A DNA stretch of 64,000 nucleotides. Origin: an uncultured Gemmatimonadaceae bacterium (GTDB lineage Bacteria > Gemmatimonadota > Gemmatimonadetes > Gemmatimonadales > Gemmatimonadaceae). Numbering within the stretch: position 1 is the stretch's first letter; each line of letters opens with the position of its first letter. Of the stretch, positions 32,559-45,745 are shown piece after piece. The stretch is from contig CAWGJO010000014.1 of NCBI GenBank assembly GCA_963822945.1, positions 14,456-78,455 of the forward strand. The letters run 5' to 3'. A program made the translations under genes and the position numbers. The notes beneath the pieces are model-generated. The model did no database searches and was not told the origin of the DNA. It was given only the letters and a program-made list of their open reading frames with translations.

Positions 32559-33440
32559 ATGACCGCCCCGACGCCGGCTCCCATGTCGAGCCCCGACGCG
32601 CCGCCGCACCCGTCCGCCGCCGCGCCCCGGCCGGCGGCCCCGGTGCGCGCCCCCGACGAGCAGGCCGATCCGGGGCGTGTGATGTTGAGCGCGAGCGGGT
32701 TGAATGCGTACTTCGGCGCGCTGCACGCGGTGCGCGACGTTTCCATCGAGTTTCGGGAGCGCGAGGTCACGGCCATCATCGGGCCGTCGGGCTGCGGCAA
32801 GTCCACCCTGCTCCGCTGTCTCAACCGGATGCACGAGACCGTGCCCGGGGGCCGGGTCACGGGCCACATCGAATTTCACGGGCAGGACCTGTACGCGCCG
32901 GAAGTGAATCCGATTGCGGTGCGCCGGCACATCGGCATGGTCTTTCAGCGGCCCACGCCCTTCCCCACACTCAGTATCCGCGACAACGTCTCGGCCGGGC
33001 TGCGCGCGCTGCATCGGAACCAGCGGCCGCCGAAGTCCGAAGTGGAGGGCATGGTGGAACGCGCCCTGCGCGACGCCGGGCTGTGGGACGAGGTGAAGGA
33101 CCGCCTCGGAACGGGTGCCATCGGCCTGTCGGGCGGCCAGCAGCAGCGGCTGTGCATCGCCCGGGCGCTGGCCACCTCGCCGAGCGTGTTGCTGCTCGAC
33201 GAACCGACCGCCTCGCTCGACCCCCTGAGCACGCAGAAGGTCGAGGAATTGGTCTATGACCTGCGGAAGCAGTTCACGGTGGTCATCGTGACGCACAACA
33301 TGCAGCAGGCGGCGCGCGTGTCCGACCGCACGGCGTTCATGCTCGCCGGCGAACTGGTGGAGGTGGCGCCCACGGGCAAGTTGTTCACCACGCCCGCCGA
33401 TCCGCGCACCGAGGCGTACGTCACCGGGCGGTTCGGATGA
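32559..33440 (+). CDS. pstB: Phosphate ABC ATPase PstB (copy 1)
   Basis: [47 protein letters not shown]; Pro/Ala-rich N-terminus. Confidence 0.94.
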   Translation: MTAPTPAPMSSPDAPPHPSAAAPRPAAPVRAPDEQADPGRVMLSASGLNAYFGALHAVRDVSIEFREREVTAIIGPSGCGKSTLLRCLNRMHETVPGGRVTGHIEFHGQDLYAPEVNPIAVRRHIGMVFQRPTPFPTLSIRDNVSAGLRALHRNQRPPKSEVEGMVERALRDAGLWDEVKDRLGTGAIGLSGGQQQRLCIARALATSPSVLLLDEPTASLDPLSTQKVEELVYDLRKQFTVVIVTHNMQQAARVSDRTAFMLAGELVEVAPTGKLFTTPADPRTEAYVTGRFG

Positions 33441-34192
33441 ACGGCGAGATCCAGGCCGAGGACTTCTCCTTCTGGTACGGGGAGACGCAGGCGCTCAAGC
33501 ACATCTCGCTCACCCTGCCCCCGGGCCAGATCACGGCGCTCATCGGGCCGTCGGGCTGCGGCAAGTCCACGTTCCTCCGCTCCATCAACCGGCTGCAGGA
33601 GATCATTCCCGGCACGCGCCACGAGGGCGTCCTGCGCCTCGACGGCGCGGACATCCACGCCGCGGGGGTAGACGTCGTGGCGCTTCGCCGCCGCATCGGG
33701 ATGGTGTTCCAGCGCTGGAATCCCTTTCCCCGGTCGATCTACGGCAACGTGGCCTACGGACCGCGGATCAACGGCATTCGGGACAACGCCCGGGTGGACG
33801 AGATCGTCGAGACGTCGCTGCGGCGCGCCGCGCTCTGGGACGAAGTGAAGGACCGGCTCCGGCAGAGCGCGCTCGGCCTCTCCGGCGGCCAGCAGCAGCG
33901 GCTGTGCATCGCCCGGGCGCTGGCCAACGATCCGGAGGTGCTCCTGCTCGACGAGCCGGCCAGCGCGCTCGACCCCCTCTCGACGCAGAAGATCGAGGAG
34001 TTACTGTTCGAGCTTCGCGGGTCGCTCACCGTGGTGATCGTCACGCACAATCTGCAGCAGGCGGCGCGAGCCTCCGACCACACCGCGTTCTTCTTTCTGG
34101 GCGAACTGATCGAGGCCGCCCCCACGCAGACCATATTCACGGCGCCATCGGACGACCGCACCGAGGCGTACATCACGGGGAGGTTCGGATGA
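33437..34192 (+). CDS. pstB: Phosphate ABC ATPase PstB (copy 2)
   Basis: [40 protein letters not shown]. Confidence 0.94.
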   Translation: MNGEIQAEDFSFWYGETQALKHISLTLPPGQITALIGPSGCGKSTFLRSINRLQEIIPGTRHEGVLRLDGADIHAAGVDVVALRRRIGMVFQRWNPFPRSIYGNVAYGPRINGIRDNARVDEIVETSLRRAALWDEVKDRLRQSALGLSGGQQQRLCIARALANDPEVLLLDEPASALDPLSTQKIEELLFELRGSLTVVIVTHNLQQAARASDHTAFFFLGELIEAAPTQTIFTAPSDDRTEAYITGRFG

Positions 34193-34947
34193 GTCCAGTC
34201 GATACGGCCGGCAAGTATCGCCATTTTCACGAGCAGCTCGCCGAGCTGACCCAACGGCTGCTGGACATGTCCGACCGCGCCACGTCGCTCATCGACCTCG
34301 CCGTGGACGGTCTGCTCTCCCGCGACCCGAACGCCGCCGAGGCGGTGCTCACGGGCGACCGGGAACTCGACGCCATGGAACTCGAGATCGAGGACCGCGC
34401 CGTGGCGCTGCTCGCGCTGCAGCAGCCGATGGCGCGCGATCTCCGCTTCCTCGTGAGCACGATCAAGATCTCCAGCGACCTCGAGCGCGTGGGCGACCAC
34501 GCCGTCAACATCGCGCAGAGCACCCTGCGCCTGGCCGCCATGCGCACGCGCATCACGCCGGATCCCGAGATCGCCGACATGGCGCGGCGTGCCCGCCGCA
34601 TGCTCGGCGACGCGCTCACCGCCTTCGTACGCAGCGACGGCGCCCTGGGCCGCGCCGTGTGCCAGGCCGACGACGCGGTCGACTCCCTGCACGACTCGAT
34701 GTTCCGCATCCTGCTCACGCATATGATGGCGGACCCGCACACGATCAACGCGTCGCTGGAGCTGCTGCTGGTGAGCCGCAATCTGGAACGCGTGGCCGAC
34801 CTGGCGACGAACATCGGCGAAGACGCGGTGTTCCTGGCCGAGGGCAAGCAGATCAAACATCATGCGGAGCGTCCCACGGCCCCGCGCGCGCCGGATGCGG
34901 CGCCGGCGGACGAGGGCTCCGGCAGCACCGAACCTCAGGCCGGCTGA
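34189..34947 (+). CDS. phoU: Phosphate signalling protein PhoU
   Basis: [39 protein letters not shown] overlap with pstB2. Confidence 0.95.
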   Translation: MSPVDTAGKYRHFHEQLAELTQRLLDMSDRATSLIDLAVDGLLSRDPNAAEAVLTGDRELDAMELEIEDRAVALLALQQPMARDLRFLVSTIKISSDLERVGDHAVNIAQSTLRLAAMRTRITPDPEIADMARRARRMLGDALTAFVRSDGALGRAVCQADDAVDSLHDSMFRILLTHMMADPHTINASLELLLVSRNLERVADLATNIGEDAVFLAEGKQIKHHAERPTAPRAPDAAPADEGSGSTEPQAG

Positions 34948-34968
34948 CGCGGGCGACCGGGCGCCCCG

Positions 34969-35868
34969 CTACGGCGAGGCCGGCTCGGCGACGACGGCCA
35001 GCCAGTTCCCGTCGGGGCTCAACGCCAGCCGCGACAGGTTGCGGAGCCCGTCCTCCCGGAAGTCGGCGATCGGCGTCCAGCGGGCAGCCGCGCCACCCGA
35101 CAGATCGAGGCGGTAGATCAGCGTGCCGGCGGCGGTGAGCACCGCCGTGGGGGACTCCCACACCACGTAGTGGGCGCCCCGCGGCATCCGGGCCACGCGC
35201 CGGATCGCGCCGTCGGCCGCTCCCGGATCCGCGGTCTCCAGATACCATCCGGAGTCGGCGCGCTGGAGGTACGAGAAGCGGGGGCCCCCCGGCACACGTT
35301 GCAGCGACTGCCCGATGTCGTGTGCAATGACGCGGCCCGTATCGGTGTGCGTGTCCGCGATCTCGAGCGTGTTCGGCGATCCGAGTACGAACAGCGCCAC
35401 CGTGTGGTCGTCCAGCCAGACGTGGTAGCCCACCGGTGCGATGTTGGGGAGCAGGAGTACGGGCGCCTGTCCCGCCGCATTGAACGCCCAGAGGCGCTGC
35501 GCCGAGTCGCGCTCCACACGCACCACGCTGAAGCCGTCGCCGGTGGGCATCGGGGTGGGCGAATACTCGCTCTCCACGGTGTGCGTCAACCGGGTGCTCG
35601 CGCGGGTCCGGAGATCGATCCGGTAGGTGTCCGCCTGCCCGTCGTCGCCGATCGCGGTGTACAGCAGGGCCCGGCCATCCGGCGTGAAGGCGGGCTGGTT
35701 GTCGTAGCCGGGCCGGTGCGTGAGGTTCACCGGGGGATCGCTGATCGCGCCGCCCGCGGCGCCACGCAGCCGGACGAGGTAGATGTCGGTGGCCGGCGGC
35801 GCGCTCTGCGCGGCGAGGGCCGAGGCCGTGACCAGCACCGCGAGCATGCCGCCGATCGTGCGCTTCAT
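34969..35868 (-). CDS. Exported TolB-like (PD40-repeat) beta-propeller protein
   Basis: Signal peptide MKRTIGG...ALAAQ; YDNQPAFTPDG, SEYSPTP and LSPDG repeats. Confidence 0.7.
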   Translation of the reverse strand: MKRTIGGMLAVLVTASALAAQSAPPATDIYLVRLRGAAGGAISDPPVNLTHRPGYDNQPAFTPDGRALLYTAIGDDGQADTYRIDLRTRASTRLTHTVESEYSPTPMPTGDGFSVVRVERDSAQRLWAFNAAGQAPVLLLPNIAPVGYHVWLDDHTVALFVLGSPNTLEIADTHTDTGRVIAHDIGQSLQRVPGGPRFSYLQRADSGWYLETADPGAADGAIRRVARMPRGAHYVVWESPTAVLTAAGTLIYRLDLSGGAAARWTPIADFREDGLRNLSRLALSPDGNWLAVVAEPASP

Positions 35869-35898
35869 GGCGATCCTCCCGGGCACCGGGCCCGTTGG

Positions 35899-36399
35899 CT
35901 ATTCGAGTTCCAACAACACGGCGCCCTTCTCCACGGCCACGCCCGCGGATACGAGGACGGCCTTCACCGTGGCGTCGGTCGTGGCCCGCAGTTCGTTCTC
36001 CATCTTCATGGCTTCCATCACCACGAGTCCCTGCCCGGCCCGCACCTGGTCGCCGGGCTTGGCATTGACGCGCACGATGAGCCCGGGCATGGGGGCCACG
36101 AGCGGCGCCGGTCCCGTGGCGGCGGCCGCCGCGCCCGCGAGTTCCCGGATCGTCCGCGCGCGTTCGTCCAGCGCATCGACCTCGAACCGATAGCCGTCGA
36201 TGGACAGCGTGTAGAGGCCACGGCGCTCGCCGGGGCGCACCAGCACGCGGTGCACGGTGTCGCCGATGCTGACGAGCTGCATGGGCGTGCCCTCGACGTC
36301 CGCCAGATGCGCGCGGACCGACTCGCCGTCGGCATGCACGCCACTGCCGTCGAGGACGACCTCGTGTTCCTCCCCGTTCACCGTGACGAAGTACTTCAC
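35899..36399 (-). CDS. Biotin carboxyl carrier protein with N-terminal beta-rich (BT-like) domain
   Basis: APMPG...EAMKMENE biotinylation motif. Confidence 0.92.
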   Translation of the reverse strand: MKYFVTVNGEEHEVVLDGSGVHADGESVRAHLADVEGTPMQLVSIGDTVHRVLVRPGERRGLYTLSIDGYRFEVDALDERARTIRELAGAAAAATGPAPLVAPMPGLIVRVNAKPGDQVRAGQGLVVMEAMKMENELRATTDATVKAVLVSAGVAVEKGAVLLELE

Positions 36400-37646
36400 G
36401 CCGCCACTCCCTCCTCGAGACGTAGTTCGCAGACGGTCTCCACGTGTGCCGTCTGCGGAAACATGTCGAATCCCACCACCGACGCCACCCGGTACGAGGG
36501 AAGCCGCCCCACGTCCCGCGCCAGAGTGGCGGGATCACAACTGACGTAGATGATGGCGCCCGCCTTCGGCCCCGCCTGCTCCAGCGCCCGCGTCACGGCG
36601 GCCGCCGTTCCCGCACGCGGCGGGTTGAGCACCACGAGATCGGCCGGCAGCGCACCGGGCAGCGCGTGCTCAACGGAATCCGCCACCGCGCGAGAGCCCG
36701 CCGGCAGCCGGGCCGCCGCCACGCGGCTCGCCGCGCGGTCCAACTCGATGGCCACCACGGATGCACCCGCGCGCGCCATGGGCTCCGCCGTGTCCCCCAC
36801 TCCCGAATAGGCGTCGATCACCCGCCCCGGTGCATGCGCCGCCACCAGCGCCAACACGTGGGCGCGCATCTGCTCGGCGACTTCGGCGTTCACCTGCGTG
36901 AACGACGCCCCGTGCTCCTGTCCCGGCCCCCGATCGGCCATCAACCGGCGCCGGCCGTTGGGGCCGCCGGCAATCCACCAGATGGCCACCAGCGAGGGGA
37001 TCGCGTCCAGCAGTTCCCGCGCCGTCGACCAGGCGTCGGCGCCCTCCACCACCAGGGCCGCGCCATCGCCGAGCAGCCGCACCGACGCGCGCAGCGTCTT
37101 CCCATCGGGCAGGAGTTCGGCATGCGCGAGCACGTCCCGCCAGACAGCGATGACGCGCTCGTCGGTGATCGGACAGTCGTCGAGCGCGAACACCTCGGCG
37201 GGCGCGTCGAAGCGGTGGAGGCCGGCGATCCACGCGGTGCCGGACCGGCGGAGCGCGAGCGTCAACTTGGTCCGGTATCGCCATGCCGCAGATCCGTGCC
37301 GTATCTCGGGCAGCTCCATCGGGCGACGGGCGATGCGCTGGAACGCGTCGCGAATCATCCCCGCCTTGGCCGCACGCTGCGCGCCGGCCGAGAGGTGCTG
37401 CAGCTGGCACCCGCCGCATCGGTCGCCGTCGTAGTGCGGACACGGGGGCGGCACGCGATCCGACGACGGTACGAGCACGTCGACCGCGGTGGCGCGGGCG
37501 AAGCGCTTGCCGCGCTCGACGGTGGCGCGGATCCGGTCGCCGGGCGCCGTGCGCGGTGCGAACACCACCAGTCCATCGGCCCGCCCGACTCCATCGCCAC
37601 CCGCCGCGATGCCGTGGATGTCGAGTTCGACGACGTCGGCCGTCAC
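36396..37646 (-). CDS. TrmA/RlmD-family RNA m5U methyltransferase
   Basis: TRAM-like N-terminus, CPHY..CGGC, SFTQVN, DAYSGVG, NPPR, YVSCDPATLARD, DMFPQTAHVE. Confidence 0.9.
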   Translation of the reverse strand: MTADVVELDIHGIAAGGDGVGRADGLVVFAPRTAPGDRIRATVERGKRFARATAVDVLVPSSDRVPPPCPHYDGDRCGGCQLQHLSAGAQRAAKAGMIRDAFQRIARRPMELPEIRHGSAAWRYRTKLTLALRRSGTAWIAGLHRFDAPAEVFALDDCPITDERVIAVWRDVLAHAELLPDGKTLRASVRLLGDGAALVVEGADAWSTARELLDAIPSLVAIWWIAGGPNGRRRLMADRGPGQEHGASFTQVNAEVAEQMRAHVLALVAAHAPGRVIDAYSGVGDTAEPMARAGASVVAIELDRAASRVAAARLPAGSRAVADSVEHALPGALPADLVVLNPPRAGTAAAVTRALEQAGPKAGAIIYVSCDPATLARDVGRLPSYRVASVVGFDMFPQTAHVETVCELRLEEGVAA

Positions 37647-39195
37647 CGCAGGCCTTCGAGGCGGGCGGCGCGCGTCCAGGGCGACTCGCCCCGCGATTCC
37701 GTGGATACGGGGCTCCCGTTGGGGCGCCGCGCCATGCGGTCGCGCTCGGCCAGCAGCGCGCCGGCAATCGCCGCCACGCGCGCGGCGTCCGCCGGCGGCT
37801 GCACCGTGGTGAGCGATGCCAGGCGTCGCTCCAGCCACTGGATCTCGATGTCGCCGCGCCGGAACTCCTCGTCCTCCATGACGCGCAGGTGGAAGTCGCG
37901 CGACGTCTCGATCCCATCCACCGCCAGTTCCATGAGCGCGCGGTGCATGCGGCTCACGGCCGCCTCACGATCGGCGGCCCAGACGATCAGCTTGGCGAGC
38001 ATCGGATCGTAGAACAGCCCGACCTCGCTGCCCACCTCGACGCCGCCGTCCCAGCGCACGCCCGGTCCGGCGGAAGGTGCAGATAGGTGATGCGACCCGT
38101 GGAGGGCAGGAAGCCGTTGTTCGGATCCTCGCTCGTGATCCGGCATTCGATGGCCCATCCTTTCGGCGTCAGATGCTCGAACGCTCGGGAATGGGCTCAC
38201 CGGCGGCGACGCGCAGCTGCCATTGCACGAGATCGATCCCCGTGACGAACTCGGTGACCGGATGCTCCACCTGGAGCCGCGTGTTCATCTCGAGGAAGTA
38301 GTAGTTCCCGTCGCGATCGAGCAGGAACTCGCACGTCCCGGCGTTGCGATAGCCGGCGGCCTTGGCCATGCGCACCGCCGTGTCGCCCATTTCGCGCCGC
38401 AGTTCGGGGGTCACGGCCACGCTCGGCGCTTCCTCGATCATCTTCTGATGGCGCCGCTGTACGGAGCACTCCCGCTCGCCGAGCGACACGCAGCGCCCGT
38501 GTTCGTCGGCGAGGACCTGGATCTCCACGTGTCGCGGTCCGACGATGTACTTCTCCACGTACACGCTGTCGTCGCCGAAGGCGTTCTTCGCCTCGCGCCG
38601 CGCGGTCTCCAGCGACGACGCCATCTCCTCGGGCTTGTGGACCACCCGCATCCCCTTGCCCCCACCGCCGGCGGCGGCCTTGAGCAAGACCGGGTAGCCG
38701 AACCGTTCGGCGATGGCCTGCGCCTCCGCCGCGTCGGCCAGGGCCTCCGTGGTCCCCGGTACGATGGGCACGTTCGCCTTCCTGCCAGCTGGCGTGCCGC
38801 CGTCTTGCTGCCCATGGCGGCGATGGCCTCGGGGGGCGGTCCGATGAACACCAGCCCGGCCTCGCGCACGGCGCGCGAGAACCACTCGCGCTCGGAGAGG
38901 AATCCGTACCCCGGATGAATGGCCTGCGCGCCCACCTGTTTGGCAACCTCGATGATCCGGTCGCCCGCCAGGTAGCTCTCCGACGCCGCGGCGCCGCCGA
39001 TATGCACCGCCTCGTCGGCCTCGCGCACGTGCGGGGCGCGCGCGTCGGCGTCGCTGTAGACGGCCACCGATCGGATCCCCATCTCGCGGCAGGCGCGGAT
39101 GATGCGCACGGCGATCTCGCCGCGGTTGGCGATCAGGACCTTCTGCAGCGGCCGTGCGCCGCCCGCCGGAGCGCCCGCCGCCTTCTTGCGCGGGC

Positions 39196-39199
<4 letters not shown>
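37643..39199 (-). CDS. Biotin carboxylase subunit of acyl-CoA carboxylase (three frameshifts near 38785, 38175, 38070)
   Basis: [76 protein letters not shown], across frames. Confidence 0.92.
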
Positions 39200-40747
<1,548 letters not shown>

Positions 40748-40843
40748 AGGCGGCAAAGCTAGCCTCTGGGAGGATCGGCTTCCAGACTGGACAACCGTGG
40801 CCGACCGGCTCCGGAGACGGCGCGCTCGGGCCCGGATACGACA

Positions 40844-40877
40844 CCGCCCCGGCCGGGACGAATCCCGGCCGGGGCGG
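40844..40877 (-). terminator. 15-bp perfect hairpin after rpsA (UUCG loop on minus strand, no U-tract)
   Basis: Plus strand CCGCCCCGGCCGGGA-CGAA-TCCCGGCCGGGGCGG. Confidence 0.65.
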
Positions 40878-40900
40878 CTCGCGTGCGACGCGACCGAAAA

Positions 40901-42784
40901 TCAGCCTTCGGTCTTGGGTTCCTCCGTCGCGTCGGCGGCGGGTGCTTCCGCGGCAGGCGCTTCGGCAGCCGGCGCCTCGGCGGCGTCCTCGTCGTCTTCC
41001 GGCACAGTCAGGTCCACGGGCACCGGGGCCACGTCCTCGTCCTCGGTGTGCACCTTGGACGGGGTCTCGGGACGCGGCGGCTGTTCCTCGGGAATGTTCG
41101 TCACGCCGAGGACGATGCGGCGGTGGATCGGATCCACCTCCAGCACGCGCATGTCGAGATTCATGCCCTCGTACACGAGGTCGGCGGGGTTCTCCACCTG
41201 CTGCTCGGTGGGCGAGAGCTGCGAGATCGGCACGAAGCCCTCGATATCGTTGCCGATGTCGACCACCACGCCCTTGTCCATCAGGCGCACGACGCCGCCG
41301 TGGATGTCCGTCCCCACGGGGTACGTCTCACCGATCTTGAGCCACGGATCCTCGGCCGCCTGCTTGAGGCCGAGCGAGATCCGCTTGTTGTCGCTGTCGA
41401 TGTTCAGGATGACCACGTCCACCGCGTCGCCCTTCTTCACCACCTCGGACGGGTGCTGGACGCGCTTGGTCCAGCTCATGTCGGAGATGTGGATCAGGCC
41501 GTCGATGCCCGGTTCGATCTCGACGAAGGCGCCGAAGCTGGTGAGGTTGCGGACCTTGCCGGTGATGCGCGTGCCCACCGGGTAGCGCAGCGGCAGCACC
41601 ATCCACGGATCCTGCTTCCGTCTGCTTCATGCCGAGCGAGATCTTCTCTTCGTTCGGGTCGACCTTGAGCACCACGGCCTCGATCGTCTCGCCGATGGAC
41701 ACGAGCTTGGACGGGTGCCGGACGTTGCGCGTCCAGCTCATCTCGCTGATGTGCACCAGGCCTTCGATGCCCGGCTCCAGTTCGATGAAGGCGCCGTAGT
41801 TCGTGATCGACACGACCTTGCCCGTGACGCGGGTGCCCACCGGGTACTTCTCGGCGACGTCCTTCCACGGGTAGCTCTGGAGCTGCTTGAGGCCGAGCGA
41901 GATGCGCTCGCGCGTCCAGTCGATGTCGAGCACCTTGACCTCGAGTTCCTGACCGATCTGCACCATTTCCGACGGGTGCGAGATGCGGCCCCACGACATG
42001 TCGGTGATGTGGAGCAGGCCGTCCACGCCGCCGAGATCGATGAAGGCGCCGAAGTCGGTGATGTTCTTGACCACGCCCTTCCGTACCTGATCCTTCTCAG
42101 CTCCTTCATCAGCTTCTCGCGCTTGCCGGCACGCTCGGTCTCGAGGATCACGCGGCGCGACACCACGATGTTGCGGCGGCGCTTGTTGAGCTTGATGATC
42201 TTGAACTCGAACTTCTGGCCGAGGAGTTCGTCGATGTTCGGCACGCGGCGGAGCGCGATCTGCGACCCGGGGAGGAACGCGTCCACGCCCATCAGGTCGA
42301 CCACCACACCACCCTTGATCTTCTTGATCAGGGTGCCTTCCACCGGCTGGTCGGTCTCGTACGCCACGCGGATCCGTTCCCAGACGCGCATGAAGTCGGC
42401 CTTCTTCTTGGAGAGGACGACCGAACCTTCCTGGTCTTCCAGATGCTCCAGCAGCACTTCGACTTCATCGCCCGGCTTGAGGTCCGGGTGGTCCTTGAAC
42501 TCCTCGAGCGGCACGCTGCCTTCGGACTTGAACCCGATGTCGAGCACCACGAGGTTGTCGCGGATTTCGAGCACCTTGCTCTTGACGATCTCGCCTTCTT
42601 CGATGGAGGCCAGGGTGCCGTTATACAGCTCCATCATCCGCTCGTAATCGGCGGACGTGTATTCGTCGTCGTCGTACAGTTCAGGGCGGCGGTTGGCAAG
42701 CGGGCGGAGCTGCGACTTCTGCGCATCGCGCTTCTCGCGCAGCGTGGCCGTGTTGCCGGTTGTGGTGTTATCGATCTCGGTCAT
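40901..42784 (-). CDS. rpsA: 30S ribosomal protein S1 (two frameshifts near 42095, 41615)
   Basis: [15 protein letters not shown], and repeated FGAF..GLLHI.DMSW / RISLGLKQ S1 domains across three ORFs. Confidence 0.96.
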
Positions 42785-42899
42785 AAGAAAGAGGAAGTCT
42801 CCTGATCATCCGCGGATTTGTGGCTCGCCGCGACGAGGTTGAGGGTGACGCCAACCCAACCCACCACCGACGGTCGGGCGTGGGTTGGACGAACCTTAA

Positions 42900-42928
42900 A
42901 AGCTAGCTTGGACGAAAGTTGACGTCAA
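42900..42928 (-). promoter_or_regulatory. Sigma70-type promoter of rpsA
   Basis: TTGACG-N17-TAGCTT, overlapping the cmk stop codon. Confidence 0.75.
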
Positions 42929-43621
42929 CCGCCGGAAGTGACGTCGCCTCGGTGAGTTACGGCTCGCGCCAGCGCCACGATCCGCTCCACCTGCTCCGTC
43001 TGGGTCAGGTACGTCGTGTCCACCACCACCGCGTCCCGGGCCGGCACGGTCTGGGTGGCATCGCGCGAGTCGCGCTGCACCAGGCGGTCGGTCTCCTCGG
43101 CGATCTCCTCCTCCGACGGGGCCCGCTCCAGCCGCTGGATCAGACGCCGCCGGGCCCGCTCCCACGGATCGGCCACGAGGAAGATCTTGAGCGGCGCGTC
43201 GGGAAACACCGCCGTGCCCATGTCCCGGCCATCCACCACCACGTCGTACCGGTCGGCGGCCGCCCGGACCCGCTCGTTCACCCAGGCGCGCACCCCGGGC
43301 ATGGCCGCGACCGTCGACACGTGGGCCGTGACCTCGGGCGACCGGATGCGCTCGCCCGCCGGCTGCGCCGTCGATGAGCGGCGCGAACGAACGGCCCGCC
43401 GGCGCCAGCGACACCCGCGAGGCGTGGGCGAGCACGGCCGGCTCCGCCCAGCCCTCGGGCGCCGGCTGCCCGGCCAGCACAGCCGCCGTCAACGCGCGGT
43501 ACAGCGCACCCGAATCCACATGGCGGATGGCCAGTTGATCGGCCACCCACTTGGCGGTGGACGACTTGCCGGACGCGGCCGGCCCGTCGATGGCGATGAC
43601 CAATCGCGCCGGTTCCGTCAT
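42925..43621 (-). CDS. cmk: Cytidylate kinase (frameshift near 43365)
   Basis: IAIDGPAASGKSS, DSGALYR, then DGRDMGTAVFPDA, RDSRD. Confidence 0.94.
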
Positions 43622-44877
43622 GCCTCGACCGCTCCCGCCAGCAGTTCCCAGAACCCGGGGAACGACACCTCCACACACGCCCGGTCGTCGATCTCGATCG
43701 CCGCGCCATCGGTGACGCCGAGGAGTCCGAACGCCATCGCGATCCGGTGGTCGCCGTGGGTGACGATGCTGCCGCGCAGGGGCGCGCGCGAGCCGTGCAC
43801 GATCATGCCGTCGGGCAGTTCTTCAGCTTCGACGCCGAGCGCGCGCAGGTTCCCGACCACGGTGGCGATCCGATCGCTCTCCTTGACGCGCAACTCGCCG
43901 GCCCCGGAAATGCGCGTGTCGCCCTCCGCCCGGGCCGCGACGCACGCCGCGAGCGAGATCTCGTCCACCATGCTCGGCACCTCGCCGCCGGTGATGTCGG
44001 TGCCCTGCAGCGGGCCCGCCGTGACGCGGAGCGTCCCCACCGGTTCGCCGCCACGCGTCGTCTCCTCCAGCACTTCGACGCGCGCGCCCATCCGCCGCAA
44101 CACCTGCAGGAATCCCGTGCGCGTGGGATTCACGCACACGTCGTGCAGCAGCAGCTCGCCCTCGTCGGCCATGGCGGCCAGGGCCGCGAAGAAGGCCGCC
44201 GACGAAGGATCCGCCGGCACGTCCACATCGGTCGCGGGCAGCGCCGTCACCGGCTCGAGCGCCACGGCGCCGTCCGCCCGGCGGAGCGTCACGCCTCGCA
44301 CCGCGAGCATGCGTTCCGTGTGATCGCGCGACGGGAACGGCTCCCCCACCGACACCGCCACCTCCGCCGACAGGCCCGCGAGCAGGATGGCCGTCTTCAC
44401 CTGCGCACTCGCCACTTCGGTGCGCCACTCCACCGGCCGGAGCTGCGTGCCGTACACGACCATGGGCAGCCCGTCCCCCCGTTCGCAGTGCACGCGCGCG
44501 CCCATCGCCTCCAACGGCCGGATGATGCGCCGCATGGGCCGCCGGCTGAGGCTCTGATCGCCCACGAACCGCGACGTGAACGGCTGCGCCGCGGCCACCC
44601 CGGCCATCAGGCGCGCGGTGGTGCCGCTGTTGCCGCAGTCCAGATCGCGTCCAGGCGCCCGGAGCCCCCGCAGCCCCACGCCGGCCACCTGCATGACGGG
44701 CGCCAGCGCCGGCACGTCCACGCCGAACGCGCGGAGCACCGACGCCGTAGAGCGCACGTCGTGCGAGTCGAGAATGCCGCGCACCGTCGATGTACCGGTG
44801 CCGAGCGCACTGAGGATCAGCGCGCGGTGCGAGATCGACTTGTCCCCGGGAACGCGGATCGTGCCCCCGACTTTCAC
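43618..44877 (-). CDS. aroA: EPSP synthase
   Basis: PGDKSISHRA, GNSGTTARL, SAQVK, RDHTE, LRVKESDRI, DHRIAM. Confidence 0.96.
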   Translation of the reverse strand: MKVGGTIRVPGDKSISHRALILSALGTGTSTVRGILDSHDVRSTASVLRAFGVDVPALAPVMQVAGVGLRGLRAPGRDLDCGNSGTTARLMAGVAAAQPFTSRFVGDQSLSRRPMRRIIRPLEAMGARVHCERGDGLPMVVYGTQLRPVEWRTEVASAQVKTAILLAGLSAEVAVSVGEPFPSRDHTERMLAVRGVTLRRADGAVALEPVTALPATDVDVPADPSSAAFFAALAAMADEGELLLHDVCVNPTRTGFLQVLRRMGARVEVLEETTRGGEPVGTLRVTAGPLQGTDITGGEVPSMVDEISLAACVAARAEGDTRISGAGELRVKESDRIATVVGNLRALGVEAEELPDGMIVHGSRAPLRGSIVTHGDHRIAMAFGLLGVTDGAAIEIDDRACVEVSFPGFWELLAGAVEA

Positions 44878-44893
44878 GGTGCGCCCCGCCGCG

Positions 44894-45745
44894 TCACCGG
44901 AGCCACGCTTCGAGCGCCGTGGCGACGTCCGTCTTCTGATCGCGGTACTTCACGATCACCGGCGCCTGCAGCGCGAGTCCCTGCTCGGCCCCCCAGCCGG
45001 CATTCACGGCGCGGGCGCCCGGCACGACCACGGCCCCGACCGGGATCTCAAGCGGCGCATCGGCGCCTCCGCGATAGACGCATTCGTGCACGAGGTCGAA
45101 CACCGGCGTGCCGCGCGTGAGCACCACGCCCGCGGCGAGCACCGCGCGCTCGCGCACCACCGTGCCCTCGTACACGCCGCAGTTGCCCCCCACGAGCACG
45201 TCGTCCTCGATCACCACCGGGCTGGCGTTCACGGGTTCGAGCACGCCCCCGATCTGCGCCGCCGCGCTCAGGTGCACGCGTTCGCCGATCTGCGCGCACG
45301 AGCCCACCAGCGCGTGCGAGTCGATCATCGTGCCGGCGCCCACCCAGGCGCCCACGTTCACGAACATCGGCGGCATGCACACCACGCCCGGCGCGACGTA
45401 GGTGCCGCGGCGGATCGTCGACCCGCCGGGCACGATGCGGACCCCGTCGGCCACGGCGAAGTTGCGCGACGGGAAGGTGTTCTTGTCGATGAAGCTGAAC
45501 CGCGCCTCGGCGCCCGCCGGGATCGACATGTCGGCCATCGCGCCGGCGCGGAATCCGAGCAGGATGCCGCGCTTGACCCAAGCCACGGCGTGCCACCGGC
45601 CCTCGACGTCGCGCTCCGCGGCCCGCACGGCCCCGAGTTCGAGCGCGTCGAGCAATTCACGCACGACCGCCGGCGCCTCGGCGGGCAGCGCCTCGCCGCC
45701 CGGCGTATCGGCCAGCGCCAGCACCCGCTCGGCGAGCGTCGCCAT
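44894..45745 (-). CDS. dapD: Tetrahydrodipicolinate N-succinyltransferase
   Basis: WVKRGILLGF, VRIVPGG, VGSCAQIG, IGGVLEP. Confidence 0.93.
   Translation of the reverse strand: MATLAERVLALADTPGGEALPAEAPAVVRELLDALELGAVRAAERDVEGRWHAVAWVKRGILLGFRAGAMADMSIPAGAEARFSFIDKNTFPSRNFAVADGVRIVPGGSTIRRGTYVAPGVVCMPPMFVNVGAWVGAGTMIDSHALVGSCAQIGERVHLSAAAQIGGVLEPVNASPVVIEDDVLVGGNCGVYEGTVVRERAVLAAGVVLTRGTPVFDLVHECVYRGGADAPLEIPVGAVVVPGARAVNAGWGAEQGLALQAPVIVKYRDQKTDVATALEAWLR

Noticed and set aside
40930..40990. Degenerate 15-bp tandem repeat
   Set aside because: Encodes the AEAPA low-complexity tail of S1; not a CRISPR array or mobile repeat.
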